Origin: Deltaproteobacteria bacterium
GTDB taxonomy: Bacteria; Desulfobacterota; Desulfomonilia; UBA1062
Direction of reading: 5' to 3'
Assembly (NCBI GenBank): GCA_015486075.1
Contig: WFSG01000032.1
Coordinates: 13,794-77,793, forward strand
Length of the DNA: 64,000 bases
Each line of letters starts with the position of its first letter. Positions within the stretch are counted from its first letter, which is position 1. Below the pieces are notes generated by a model, which saw only the letters and a program-made list of their open reading frames with translations, had not been told where the DNA came from and searched no databases. This document shows positions 30,709 to 41,249 of this stretch, piece by piece. The translations under genes were made by a program, and so were the position numbers.

Positions 30709-32007
30709 CTATCTGTAGCTTTTCACCCTTTCCTGGATCTCGTACCACCTGGACATGAGGGCCTCAATGTCAAGGAGAGTGGATTTCCCATCTTGAAGGA
30801 CTAACTCCCCGTTTATTAGCACGTGCTTTACGTTCAGACCACTAGCTGCATACACGGTGTTGGACACAGGGTCATAAGTGGGTACTAGGTTGGGAGCCAT
30901 TCCGTCGAGTACAACAATATCGGCAAGCATGCCTTCTTCCAGTCTGCCTAGCCTGGCATTAAATATCCTAGCTGCGTTGAGTGTTGCCAGGGAAAGAACC
31001 GTGGGTGCATCCATTACCGTCGCATCTAGGCTTGCCACCTTGTGTAGCTTGGCAACGGTTGACATCTCTCCTATCATGTCCAGGTTATTATTGCTGGCAC
31101 AGCCGTCGGTGCCAATGGTAACGTTGATGCCCGATGACAGCATCCTAGGCACGGGCGCTATGCCTGACGCAAGCTTCATGTTACTCTCCGCGTTGTGTGA
31201 TACCGTCACCCCTTTTCTGGATAGCAAGTTAATGTCATTTTCGCTTAGAGCTACGCAATGTGCCGCTAGAGTCCTTTTAGACAGGCATCCAATGGAATCC
31301 ATTAGCTCCACGGGGCTCATCCTGTACTTAGCCTTTACCTGGTTTACCTCGGCCGTGGTCTCGCTAAGATGTATCTGGAATACAAGGTCATAGTCCTCGG
31401 CAAGCAAAAAGGCATGTCTCAACCTTTCAGGTGAACAGGTGTATACTGCATGGGGGAAGACGGTGGGGGTAACTAAGGGGTCATCTATCCATCTCTCTAT
31501 GAACTCCCTTGTCTTGATGATTGCTTCGTCCGGATTTGGAATTGCAGGAGTGGGAAAATCCAGTATGCCCTCACCTACCCATGCTCTCATCCCTGCAGCT
31601 TTTGCAGCTTTTGCCACTTGGTCCTCGAAGAAGTACCCATCACAGAAGCTAGTTGTACCCGTCCGTATCATCTCCCATGCCGCTAGGAGGGATCCCATGT
31701 AAACAAATTCGCTGTTAACAAAGTGGGCCTCCATGGGGAATATATGCTCGTTGAGCCATGACATGAGCGGCAAGTCGTCGGCGATGCCTCTGAACAGAGC
31801 CATCGCTGCGTGGGTATGAGTATTTATCAGACCTGGCATCACTATATCATACGGCCCACCGATTAACTGTTCTATGTCACTAGGTGGCCTGTCCGTTATA
31901 GTTGATATGGTAGAGCCTTCCACTATAACGTAGCTGTCCTCTAGAACTTCGTCCGGCTTCTTTATTATGTACTTGCCCCTTATACCTATCCTTCCCATAG
32001 TTAGCAC
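30709..32007 (-). CDS. Amidohydrolase, 5-methylthioadenosine/S-adenosylhomocysteine deaminase-like.
   Basis: Metal-binding HTHAAM motif (LINTHTHAAMALFRG). TIM-barrel amidohydrolase pattern. Confidence 0.7.
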   Translation of the reverse strand: MLTMGRIGIRGKYIIKKPDEVLEDSYVIVEGSTISTITDRPPSDIEQLIGGPYDIVMPGLINTHTHAAMALFRGIADDLPLMSWLNEHIFPMEAHFVNSEFVYMGSLLAAWEMIRTGTTSFCDGYFFEDQVAKAAKAAGMRAWVGEGILDFPTPAIPNPDEAIIKTREFIERWIDDPLVTPTVFPHAVYTCSPERLRHAFLLAEDYDLVFQIHLSETTAEVNQVKAKYRMSPVELMDSIGCLSKRTLAAHCVALSENDINLLSRKGVTVSHNAESNMKLASGIAPVPRMLSSGINVTIGTDGCASNNNLDMIGEMSTVAKLHKVASLDATVMDAPTVLSLATLNAARIFNARLGRLEEGMLADIVVLDGMAPNLVPTYDPVSNTVYAASGLNVKHVLINGELVLQDGKSTLLDIEALMSRWYEIQERVKSYR

Positions 32008-32013
32008 CTTTAA

Positions 32014-32625
32014 TTATTCATTTACGCCTTGTCTATATCTCAGGGCGCTTGCAAGAGTGGCCTGGTCCATGTACTTAAGCTCTGCACCCATGGGTATACC
32101 AGATGCTATTCTTGATACCTTCCCTACATGGGCCCTGTCAGTTAGGGCCCTGTAAATGTAATGTGCTGTTGCCTCGCCTTCCACTGATGGGCTTGTTGCT
32201 ATGATGACCTCTTTTATCTCCGTATCTTTTACCCGATTTATAAGTTCCGGGATCCTCGTATCCTCAGGTGCTATGCCGTTTATTGGCGATATAAGACCGT
32301 GTAGCACGTGATATAAGCCCCTGTAGACACGTGTGGACTCTATGGCAAGGACATCGCTCGGATCCTCTACAACGCATATAGTAGACCTATCCCTTGATGT
32401 ATCCTGACATATAATGCATATGGGCCGGTCAGTTATATTAAAACATATTGGGCAAAGCTTGATGGCCTGCTTCACTGCCTTTAGCGAGGCAGCTAGGTTC
32501 TCTGCGAGGTCGCCCTTTTCTCCCAGGATGTATAGGGCAAGCCTTGTGGCAGTTTTCTCCCCAATGCCGGGCAAACATTTCAGTTGCAATATGAGCTCTC
32601 GTAAAGGCTTTGGATAAGGATCCAT
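32014..32625 (-). CDS. recR: Recombination protein RecR.
   Basis: HhH (LPGIGEKTA), C4 zinc finger (CPICFNITDRPICIIC), Toprim domain. Confidence 0.9.
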   Translation of the reverse strand: MDPYPKPLRELILQLKCLPGIGEKTATRLALYILGEKGDLAENLAASLKAVKQAIKLCPICFNITDRPICIICQDTSRDRSTICVVEDPSDVLAIESTRVYRGLYHVLHGLISPINGIAPEDTRIPELINRVKDTEIKEVIIATSPSVEGEATAHYIYRALTDRAHVGKVSRIASGIPMGAELKYMDQATLASALRYRQGVNE

Positions 32626-32626
32626 G

Positions 32627-32962
32627 TCAGAACAGGTCTATGGGTATTGGTAGACCGCCAGTAAGGTTTTTCAGCTCTTCGCTGGCCAATTCCCTAGACT
32701 TCTTAATACCCTGGTTCACCGCTGCCAGTATAAGGTCTTCAAGCATGGGAATGTCCCTCTTGTCAACACATATGGGGTCCAGCTTTATCTCCTTGAGCTC
32801 TTGGCGTCCGGTTACAGTTACCTTAACCATTCCCCCGCCTGACTCGGCGTCAACCGTCCTATCCCCGAGCCTTGCCTGGATATCCTTAATCCGGGACTGC
32901 AAGTTTTTTAACTGAGCTAGAAGTTCGTTCATATTAAAAGACATGCAATGATAGAACAGCAA
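32627..32962 (-). CDS. ybaB: Nucleoid-associated protein YbaB/EbfC.
   Basis: MNELLAQLKNLQSRIKDIQ...GGGMVKVTVTG pattern. Conserved ybaB-recR pair. The true start may be an internal Met (32944 or 32932). Confidence 0.8.
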   Translation of the reverse strand: MLFYHCMSFNMNELLAQLKNLQSRIKDIQARLGDRTVDAESGGGMVKVTVTGRQELKEIKLDPICVDKRDIPMLEDLILAAVNQGIKKSRELASEELKNLTGGLPIPIDLF

Positions 32963-33054
32963 AACTGCATTCCTGTCAAGCCCGGCCTTTTCTTATAATC
33001 ACTATGGTCCATGCTATTGACATGTCAATCAGTTACGGGTAGTGTCTTTATGTA

Positions 33055-33681
33055 ATGGATAAGTATCTGGAACCAACTTATTTCATTGATATAGGGTCCC
33101 CGATTATCAGGCAGATGGCTCTGGATGCCACTGTTGGTCTAACCACGGAGAGGGAAAAGGCCGTTCACCTCTTCTATGCAGTAAGGGATGGGATTAGGTA
33201 CAACCCGTTTGTTGATGCATACATAAAGGAAAATAACATAGCGAGCCGAGTGGCGGAGAGGGGGGAGGGGTATTGTGTTCAGAAGGCAATAGTATTAATC
33301 GCCTTGGCGAGGTCCGTTGGTATACCATCGAGACTTGGCCTCGCGGACATAATAAACCATGTACTGGACGGTGCCTTGCTGGATGCCATGGGTACGAATA
33401 TCTTTACATGTCATGGTTATGCAGAGTTCTACCTTGATGGCAGGTGGATCAAGGCAACGCCGGCGTTTGACATAGAGATGTGCAGGAGAAAGGAAGTTCC
33501 TCCCGTGGATTTCGATGGTAGAAACGATGCCCTACTACCGGCTGAAGATAATCATGGAAGAAAGTACATAGAATACGTTCGCTACCATGGCGTTTTCAAT
33601 GACATGCCGTTTACGTTTATTATGGATAAATGGAGGGAATACTATCCACACTTCGAGGAACTTATTAAGGAATGCCAGTAA
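33055..33681 (+). CDS. Transglutaminase-like cysteine protease domain protein.
   Basis: Core motif GEGYCVQKAIVLIALARSVGIPSR with downstream His/Asp. Confidence 0.6.
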   Translation: MDKYLEPTYFIDIGSPIIRQMALDATVGLTTEREKAVHLFYAVRDGIRYNPFVDAYIKENNIASRVAERGEGYCVQKAIVLIALARSVGIPSRLGLADIINHVLDGALLDAMGTNIFTCHGYAEFYLDGRWIKATPAFDIEMCRRKEVPPVDFDGRNDALLPAEDNHGRKYIEYVRYHGVFNDMPFTFIMDKWREYYPHFEELIKECQ

Positions 33682-33899
33682 TGTCGAGATATGCATACCT
33701 AGAAAGGTACTATTTTAGAACATGTCCTGTTACAATATACCACCCTGGATGTCTTCTAACCCTCAAATGGAGCTTTCAAGAAGGAGACTTGTGTGCTACA
33801 TATATGCCTCGGGCGTCTTTAATCGGTTGCCAGGGAAACAGGTTCGTGTACATTAAGAAGTACCATATCAAGTCATAGTGAAGAATGCATCGGTGAAGC

Positions 33900-35168
33900 A
33901 TGATACAAGATTTGATCTATAGATGCCCGGTATGTGGGGCCCTTGACTGGTACGGTGAGGGTAAGTGCGTAAATTGCAGTGCCCGCGTGGAACTAGTATC
34001 TAGATCAAGGCTTGTGATAAATGGCCAGGAAGAACCCATAGCATACTGGTATGATAAGGTATATGAACTCGGCTTACCAGAAGATGCCACAGGGAAGATA
34101 TTACAGGCCAAGGATGTAATACTTTCAAGGGACACAAGGGATTCAATATTCAAGGGTTATGCGGGTATCACCGCAACACACTACATAAGAAAACGGCTTG
34201 ATAGGGGGGCGCTCACCCTTTATGCAACGAGGATAGCATTTAGTGGAAGTCATATAAATCTAGATATCGACATTTCAGATGTGGTCTCCCTGACCATAGA
34301 ATCGAATACCATAATACTTGTCTTGAGACACGATGACACGTATTTCATGGACTTTAGGAGGGATTCAGGGAAAAAGTGGGAGGACTTTTTGAGAAAGGCC
34401 ATAAGTAGGTACTACGAGGGGGAGGGCATAGTTGAATTCTACCCGAGGATTCGTTTTAAGAATGATTTAGAACTTTACCATCGTGGAGATGCCAAGAAGG
34501 GCCATGATGAACTAAGGGTCCCTATTCGCAGGTGGTACCCCAAGGACGGATCCATTGTCTACAGGCCTATAAGTGCGGCGATCAGGGGCCTGATAAAGCT
34601 GTTGTTCCCTGTTACGTTATATGGCATGGAGAACATACCCCAAGATGGCCCTGCCATTGTTATGCCTAATCATCTTTCCTTTCTAGATTCGGTAATACTG
34701 GGTGTCTTCGCCAGGAGAAACATATGGTTCATGGGGAAAAATTCCGAGTTCATGAATCCATTCATGAGATGGTTTCTACGAATTGCCAAGGCATTTCCGG
34801 TAAGAAGATACACCATAGATATACAGGCCATTAGAAATTCAATCAGGGTGATCCGTGGGGGACACGTGCTTGGTATATTCCCTGAGGGAGAGAGAAGCTG
34901 GGATGGCAGGATGTTACCCTTTAAGTATGGGACAATACGGCTCGTACTTGCACTAGGTGTGCCTGTAATCCCTGTTGGCATATCTGGGAGTTATGAGCTA
35001 TTGCCCAGGTGGGGAGCTGGATTGAAGAGGGTTCCTATAAGGATAAAGATAGGTAAACCCATGCATTTTGGCCGGGTTCCTATACCGATGCAGAGGCATT
35101 CTGACATAGAAAAGGTGTCTGAGAATCTGAAGTCGGCAATCGAGGGACTCATAGGTAAAGGACAATGA
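33900..35168 (+). CDS. Lysophospholipid (PlsC-family) acyltransferase with an N-terminal C4 zinc-ribbon and an unknown domain of about 220 aa.
   Basis: Acyltransferase motifs NHLSFLD (HxxxxD) and FPEGERS. N-terminal CPVCG...CVNC. Confidence 0.6.
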   Translation: MIQDLIYRCPVCGALDWYGEGKCVNCSARVELVSRSRLVINGQEEPIAYWYDKVYELGLPEDATGKILQAKDVILSRDTRDSIFKGYAGITATHYIRKRLDRGALTLYATRIAFSGSHINLDIDISDVVSLTIESNTIILVLRHDDTYFMDFRRDSGKKWEDFLRKAISRYYEGEGIVEFYPRIRFKNDLELYHRGDAKKGHDELRVPIRRWYPKDGSIVYRPISAAIRGLIKLLFPVTLYGMENIPQDGPAIVMPNHLSFLDSVILGVFARRNIWFMGKNSEFMNPFMRWFLRIAKAFPVRRYTIDIQAIRNSIRVIRGGHVLGIFPEGERSWDGRMLPFKYGTIRLVLALGVPVIPVGISGSYELLPRWGAGLKRVPIRIKIGKPMHFGRVPIPMQRHSDIEKVSENLKSAIEGLIGKGQ

Positions 35169-36781
35169 GCTATGTAAAGATAATTCCCTTGGGTGGAGTG
35201 AGAGAATTTGGTCTAAACTCTCTTATCATAGAGACCGGCAAAGGTAGCATCCTGGTAGATGCGGGGATTATGTTCCCCAGGTATGCCCCTGTTGGTATTG
35301 ACCAGATAATACCTGACTTTAGCTATGTAAAAGAAAACCAGGAAAACTTCCAGGGCATTGTGCTGACACATGGCCATGAAGATCATATAGGGGCACTTCC
35401 CTATCTTCTAAAGGATGCACCAATACCTGTATACGGCCATGCATTCACCATCGAGCTGGTAAAGCAGAAGCTATGTGAGTACGATATTAACGGAAACGTG
35501 TCACTTAATCAGGTTAAGGATGGAGATATTGTAAACCTTGCTGGGATGGAAGTGGGATTCCACGAGGTATTACATTCCACCATAGGTTGCTTTTCCATTG
35601 CAATGGACACACCACAAGGCAAGATAGTGCATTCAGGGGATTTCAGGAAGAGTCCCGAGGCCTTTAAAAGCATGGAGAGCCCTGTTAGGCTTTTCATATG
35701 CGAGAGTACCAATGCTGTAATTGAGCCCAGGTGCCTGGATGAGAAAAGGGCTCTTGAGAACATTGAGGCCATAGTGAAAGAGACGCCAGGTATGGTCGTG
35801 GTGTCAACCTTTTCCAGTCATGTTGAGAGGATACAGGCACTTGTGGAGATAGCCGAGAGAAACTCCAGGAAGGTCTCAATTATAGGTAAGAGTATGAACC
35901 AGGTGGTGGAGATAGCAAGGGACCTCGGTTACATCCACATGAACCCTCAGAACATAGTTGAACCAGACCTTGTGCCCAAGATGGATAGAAGGGACATCAT
36001 GGTAATCTGTACAGGTACCCAGGGAGAGGTTTACTCTGTTTTATTCCTGATATCCAAGGGCTGGCACAAGATCAGGGTCCAGGAAGGGGATAGCGTAATA
36101 ATCTCGGCAAGAATGATACCCGGTAACGAGACTGCCATAGGGAGATGCATTGACCAGCTGCTTGACTTTGGTGCGAGTGTTTTTTATCCTGAGGTGTCAG
36201 ACGTTCATGCTACCGGACATGCCACGCATGATGAAATAGAAAAATCTATCGATGCCCTTGAACCAGAGATTGTTATGCCAGTACACGGGGAGTTCAGGCA
36301 TATGAAGGCACTGGCAGAGATGGTGTTAAAATTGAGGCCTGGATCAACAAAGGTTGTGCTGCCACGCGTGGGGCAGGAATTGGTACTTGAGAGTTCAGGT
36401 ATAAGGGCTGCAGGAGAAGTTCCCCACGGCAAGTGTTTTGTTGACGGAGAATTCACTGGAGATATAAGGGATGTCGTCCTAAGAGATCGCAAGCACATAT
36501 CCGAGGGTGGGCTTGTGGTAGTCCTGTCTGCACTTGATGCAAACACCTATGGCATTGTTCTAGGTCCAGAGGTGATGTGCAAAGGAGTTGTTCCAGCAAG
36601 CATGGAACAAGAGGTAATCGAGTCGTTGAAGCAGAAGGCTAGGGAGATAATGGAGATGGCGGATGAAACCGAGCTTAATGTCCAGTCCCTTCAGTCTTCC
36701 CTAAAAGAAGAACTTGGAAGAGAACTAAAGATGAGGCTCGGCAAGAAGCCAATGATAATACCTATAATAATGGAGATATAG
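35165..36781 (+). CDS. rnj: Ribonuclease J (metallo-beta-lactamase/RMMBL).
   Basis: HGHEDHIG motif, beta-CASP/RMMBL pattern, length 538 aa. Confidence 0.85.
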   Translation: MSYVKIIPLGGVREFGLNSLIIETGKGSILVDAGIMFPRYAPVGIDQIIPDFSYVKENQENFQGIVLTHGHEDHIGALPYLLKDAPIPVYGHAFTIELVKQKLCEYDINGNVSLNQVKDGDIVNLAGMEVGFHEVLHSTIGCFSIAMDTPQGKIVHSGDFRKSPEAFKSMESPVRLFICESTNAVIEPRCLDEKRALENIEAIVKETPGMVVVSTFSSHVERIQALVEIAERNSRKVSIIGKSMNQVVEIARDLGYIHMNPQNIVEPDLVPKMDRRDIMVICTGTQGEVYSVLFLISKGWHKIRVQEGDSVIISARMIPGNETAIGRCIDQLLDFGASVFYPEVSDVHATGHATHDEIEKSIDALEPEIVMPVHGEFRHMKALAEMVLKLRPGSTKVVLPRVGQELVLESSGIRAAGEVPHGKCFVDGEFTGDIRDVVLRDRKHISEGGLVVVLSALDANTYGIVLGPEVMCKGVVPASMEQEVIESLKQKAREIMEMADETELNVQSLQSSLKEELGRELKMRLGKKPMIIPIIMEI

Positions 36782-37567
36782 TTGTCCAATATTCTTGTTG
36801 CCCTCTTTCTAGGATTGGTCCAGGGCCTCACCGAGTTTCTTCCTGTGTCCAGCTCGGGTCACCTTGTGATCTTGCAGGGTTTTTTTGGTAAAGAATGGAC
36901 AGGCAACGTCTTGTTCGATGTCTCGGTTCATCTTGGTACTACCCTTGCTGTGATCGTATACTTTTCAAGGGAATTGGTAGGGCTCATAAGAGGTGTGCTA
37001 CCTTGGACCTGGGACAGGGAAAAGGCAAATACCGTTCTTGGCCTTTTTGTAACCACCATTGTTACGGGTATTATAGGTCTTACATTTAAGAGCAGATTTG
37101 AAGCCATGTTTTCAATGCCTGCCCTAGTTGCATTGATGTTACTAGTAACCGGACTACTCAATTTTATCACGGAGTTAAGGTACAGGCATACGGGCATTTC
37201 TGGACAAGTAAGTATTTTGAATGCCGTAATAATAGGCATCTTCCAGGGCGTTGCCATAATACCAGGTATTTCTAGGTCAGGGTCAACGATATTTGCCGGG
37301 GTAATCATTGGAATGGATGCCCTTTGGGCAACCCAGTACTCTTTCTTGGCGTCCATACCAGCTATTCTGGGTGCTGCATTACTGGAATATACAGGCATGA
37401 CACAGGCCTTATCTGTGGTAGACCTAGCTGGTATGTTTTCTTCTTTTATTGTCGGTTTGATTTCTCTGAGGATTCTGGTATGGACATTAAAAAAGCACAG
37501 GTATTTCATATTTGCTGTGTACTGCTGGCTTGTGGGTAGTGTGTACCTTGTAAGCGGGGTGTTATAA
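36782..37567 (+). CDS. uppP: Undecaprenyl-diphosphatase.
   Basis: N-terminal GLVQGLTEFLPVSSSGHL signature. 8 TM. TTG start. Confidence 0.9.
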   Translation: MSNILVALFLGLVQGLTEFLPVSSSGHLVILQGFFGKEWTGNVLFDVSVHLGTTLAVIVYFSRELVGLIRGVLPWTWDREKANTVLGLFVTTIVTGIIGLTFKSRFEAMFSMPALVALMLLVTGLLNFITELRYRHTGISGQVSILNAVIIGIFQGVAIIPGISRSGSTIFAGVIIGMDALWATQYSFLASIPAILGAALLEYTGMTQALSVVDLAGMFSSFIVGLISLRILVWTLKKHRYFIFAVYCWLVGSVYLVSGVL

Positions 37568-37569
37568 GC

Positions 37570-39789
37570 ATGGCAAGGTTGGAAGAGGATGAGAGGGACG
37601 TTGTATATAGGAAGCTTCTGGGCCTACTGCTCGGTGCGTTTTCTATATTCATCTTCCTCGCCCTTGTATCATATTCCCACACAGACCCTGGGTTCTCCAG
37701 CTCTGTTCACGTAAGGGCTATAACGAACTGGATGGGTAGGCTTGGTGCCTACACAGCTGATGGCCTCTTCATTCTGCTTGGTGTGTCGGCATTTATAATA
37801 CCCGTTTTTCTTATGGAATACGCGTACAGGTATTTTGCAGGTGCTGGTAAGCTTGGCTGGGTAAAACTGGGAAGTACGTTTATAATATTCTTCGTTTGCC
37901 TTGCCTTTGTTGGTCTCTGTTTTAATGAGGTAAAGGTACTTGGCTTTTCCGGGGAGGCAGGGGGCCTTGTGGGCACTATTATAGGCAAGGGCCTCAATAC
38001 CTATCTGAATACACTCGGTTCCTTGATTCTCCTTGTAACACTCTTTATATCAGCCTTAATGCTAGGCTATGACCTTGGGGGGGGCTATAGATGGTTCACG
38101 CGCTTGGTGAAAGCTGGAGCTAGGCCTGCCCAAGTCTCATTGCCCCGACTTAATAGAGGTGTAAAAAGGGTTAAGAATAAAGATAAGGTAAGGGTGGCTA
38201 AGCCAGAGGATGCCTCTCCTGCAATAAATATCAGTTCACTAGGGATATCTAGGGCACAAAGTAACCATGTAGAGGAGATACCGAGACAGGCGACGCTTGA
38301 TTTCGTGGGACATTATAACCTACCACCCCTTTCTCTTCTCAAGGCCCCTGATTCCCACAAGAAATCCATATCTCCAAAGGAGTTCAGGGCAAACGCGGCT
38401 TTGATAATATCTAAACTCAGGGATTTCGGCGTTGAGGGTGATATACTGGAGATAAAGTCTGGCCCGGTTGTAACGATGTACGAATTCAAACCTGCACCAG
38501 GCATAAAGATAAACAGGATAGTGGCGCTAGCCGATGACCTTGCAATGGCACTTAAGGCCTCCCCTGTTAGGGTCGTGGCACCAATACCAGGGAAGAACGT
38601 GGTGGGAATAGAGGTACCCAACAGGAATAGGGAAATAGTATACCTTAGGGGTATAATAAGCAGTAAGGAGTTCATAAGTTCTCCATCTTTACTCACAATA
38701 GCACTTGGTGCAGACATAGAGGGCATGCCTGTGATGGCAGACCTTGCAAAGATGCCTCACTTGCTTATAGCAGGTGCAACAGGTACTGGTAAAAGCGTTG
38801 GGCTGAATGCTATGGTGCTTTCTCTGCTCTATAGGTGTAACCCGAGCGAGGTAAAGTTTATAATAATAGATCCCAAGAGGATAGAGTTTTCCAACTACGA
38901 GGGTATACCACACTTGCTTTATCCTGTTGTAATAGATCCCAAGGAAGCTTTGCCAGTTCTCAAATGGGCAGTTGAAGAGATGGAGATGCGTTATGGTCTT
39001 ATAAAGATCCTAGGGGTCAAGAACGTGGATGGTTACAATAGGAAGATAAAAAAGACCTTAAAGGATGCACATACCATACTTGCTACAACCAAGAAAGAAG
39101 AGGAAGATCTAGGGCTACTTCCCAAGCTTGTAATAGTAATTGACGAGATGGCAGACCTCATGATGGTGAACAGGGAGGTGGAGGAGCACATAGCAAGGCT
39201 AGCCCAGATGGCAAGAGCAGCCGGAATATATATGATTGTTGCTACCCAGAGGCCGTCCGTAGACGTGATAACTGGTCTCATTAAGGCCAATTTTCCAGCA
39301 AGGATCTCTTTTAGGGTATCGTCCAGGACAGATTCCAGAACCATTCTTGATGCGTCAGGGGCCGAGCAGTTGCTTGGTATGGGTGACATGCTTTTCCTGT
39401 ATCCTGGTAAGTCTCACCTTAAGCGTATACACGGTGCATACGTGTCAGAGGAGGAGCTGGAAAGAGTATTGGCATTTATAAAGGAGCAAAAGGCACCTGA
39501 CTACGTGGATGAAATAAAGGAAGAAGTAGAGAGAATAGCCTCTAGATCTTCTGGATCAGATGCAGGATCTGATGAATACGACCCCAAGTATGACGAGGCA
39601 CTGGAATTTGTAACCGGCAAGGGCACTGCATCTATATCCATGATACAGAGACAATTCAGGATAGGTTATAACAGGGCTGCAAGGATAATAGAGCAAATGG
39701 AGAGGGATGGAGTCATAGGTCCACCCGATGCTGCTGGAAAACCCAGAAAGGTACTTGTGAGATCATATACGAAGGATATGGATGAATAG
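37570..39789 (+). CDS. ftsK: DNA translocase FtsK/SpoIIIE.
   Basis: N-terminal TM region, Walker A GATGTGKS, C-terminal gamma domain (SISMIQRQFRIGYNRAARIIEQME). Confidence 0.9.
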   Translation: MARLEEDERDVVYRKLLGLLLGAFSIFIFLALVSYSHTDPGFSSSVHVRAITNWMGRLGAYTADGLFILLGVSAFIIPVFLMEYAYRYFAGAGKLGWVKLGSTFIIFFVCLAFVGLCFNEVKVLGFSGEAGGLVGTIIGKGLNTYLNTLGSLILLVTLFISALMLGYDLGGGYRWFTRLVKAGARPAQVSLPRLNRGVKRVKNKDKVRVAKPEDASPAINISSLGISRAQSNHVEEIPRQATLDFVGHYNLPPLSLLKAPDSHKKSISPKEFRANAALIISKLRDFGVEGDILEIKSGPVVTMYEFKPAPGIKINRIVALADDLAMALKASPVRVVAPIPGKNVVGIEVPNRNREIVYLRGIISSKEFISSPSLLTIALGADIEGMPVMADLAKMPHLLIAGATGTGKSVGLNAMVLSLLYRCNPSEVKFIIIDPKRIEFSNYEGIPHLLYPVVIDPKEALPVLKWAVEEMEMRYGLIKILGVKNVDGYNRKIKKTLKDAHTILATTKKEEEDLGLLPKLVIVIDEMADLMMVNREVEEHIARLAQMARAAGIYMIVATQRPSVDVITGLIKANFPARISFRVSSRTDSRTILDASGAEQLLGMGDMLFLYPGKSHLKRIHGAYVSEEELERVLAFIKEQKAPDYVDEIKEEVERIASRSSGSDAGSDEYDPKYDEALEFVTGKGTASISMIQRQFRIGYNRAARIIEQMERDGVIGPPDAAGKPRKVLVRSYTKDMDE

Positions 39790-40354
39790 GCATGTAATCA
39801 TTTACCTGATTTTATTTTCTATTATTATTCCTTTTAACGCCTGTGCTACTGCACTGGATGATATCCAGGCCAGGTATTCAGCATTTAGTGACTTTAGTGT
39901 AGGTTTCACTCAGGTGAGCTATTTTCATTTGCTTGGCAAAAAGGTCAATTTTACAGGCAAGCTTTACTATAAGAAACCTGGTTATGTAAGGATGGATGTG
40001 TTTAAACCCGAAAGACAGATCATAGTAATGAAAGGTACAAAGGCGATGATATACTTGGCTAGCGAGAAAAAAATGATTGTGCAGGACGTGCCAAAAGGTA
40101 TTGCCACACAGAACATACTGGCCTTTTTCTCAGGTCTAGATTCCATAGAGAATGCGTATATAGTAGAAGAGAAAAGTCCGCACATATACTTGAGCCCAAG
40201 AAAAGGAAAGGGGTCAATAGATATCCTCGTAAAAGATGACCTCGTGAGAGAAATAGACGTGATAGATGCAATGGGAAACCACAGTCACATCATACTTACG
40301 GGGTATTGTTTCAATCTTGGCCTTAAGGAAGACATGTTTCATATAGGACATTAA
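39782..40354 (+). CDS. lolA: LolA-like outer-membrane lipoprotein carrier protein.
   Basis: Signal peptide. Size and F.Q.......G.LY..KPG..R.D pattern. Conserved position after ftsK. Confidence 0.55.
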   Translation: MNRHVIIYLILFSIIIPFNACATALDDIQARYSAFSDFSVGFTQVSYFHLLGKKVNFTGKLYYKKPGYVRMDVFKPERQIIVMKGTKAMIYLASEKKMIVQDVPKGIATQNILAFFSGLDSIENAYIVEEKSPHIYLSPRKGKGSIDILVKDDLVREIDVIDAMGNHSHIILTGYCFNLGLKEDMFHIGH

Positions 40355-40430
40355 TTTTCAAAATGCATGTATTCCCAGATGTATTAACGATTGACCTTGG
40401 AATACATATCTGGTAGGAATCTGGAAGCAT

Positions 40431-41249
40431 ATGGATCTTTCACTGGTAGAAAAGGCTGCTACCCTCCTTATAAAATCAAGATACGCGGTTGCCCTCACCG
40501 GGGCAGGGATAAGCACGGAGTCTGGCATACCTGACTTTAGGTCCCCGGGCGGGATCTGGGAGAGATACGACCCATCTGTTTTCTACTACCAGAGATTCTT
40601 GGCAGAACCTGCCTTTGTCTGGAAGACAATAATTGAGATGGGTAATGATACTGGTTTTTCTCTTTTTACGGCAGAGCCAAACAAAGGTCACGAGGCGCTA
40701 GCGACCCTTGAAGACATGGGAATACTGAAAAGTGTTATTACTCAGAATATAGACAACCTTCATCAAAAGGCCGGAAGCAGAAGGGTTATAGAGTTTCATG
40801 GCAATATGCTTTACGTTAAGTGTATAAAGTGTGCAAGAAAGTATACCTATGAAGAAGTCCTGGACAGGCTCGATATGGATAATCTTCCCCCTAGATGTGA
40901 ATGCGGCGGTGTACTCAAGCCGGATGCGGTCTTTTTTGGAGAGGCAATCCCACAGATGGCCATGACAGAGGCGTTTTCAGAGGCAAATATGTGTGACCTG
41001 ATGCTTGTCGTGGGCACATCCGCCCAGGTAGAACCCGCGGCCTCACTACCGTCGATGGCAAAGGGACAAAGGTCAATGCTTTCTGGTATGGCAGATCTGT
41101 TTTTCCCAAAGGAAAAGGCGTACGTGATTGAGATAAACAAGGAATCTACCTCACTTACTGACGTTGTTTCTGACTTTCTTATCAAGGGCGCGGCCGGAGA
41201 GGTATTGAGCAGGATAGTTGAAAGGATTAAAGAACTAAAAGGTATTTAG
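40431..41249 (+). CDS. cobB: NAD-dependent protein deacylase (sirtuin, CobB family).
   Basis: GAGISTESGIPDFR, zinc cysteines C..C...C.C, HG active-site region. Confidence 0.85.
   Translation: MDLSLVEKAATLLIKSRYAVALTGAGISTESGIPDFRSPGGIWERYDPSVFYYQRFLAEPAFVWKTIIEMGNDTGFSLFTAEPNKGHEALATLEDMGILKSVITQNIDNLHQKAGSRRVIEFHGNMLYVKCIKCARKYTYEEVLDRLDMDNLPPRCECGGVLKPDAVFFGEAIPQMAMTEAFSEANMCDLMLVVGTSAQVEPAASLPSMAKGQRSMLSGMADLFFPKEKAYVIEINKESTSLTDVVSDFLIKGAAGEVLSRIVERIKELKGI

Noticed and set aside
33672-33878. 68-aa ORF after the transglutaminase-like gene.
   Set aside because: Starts inside the upstream gene's last codons, with no SD and an unremarkable sequence. Likely the intergenic spacer before the acyltransferase gene.
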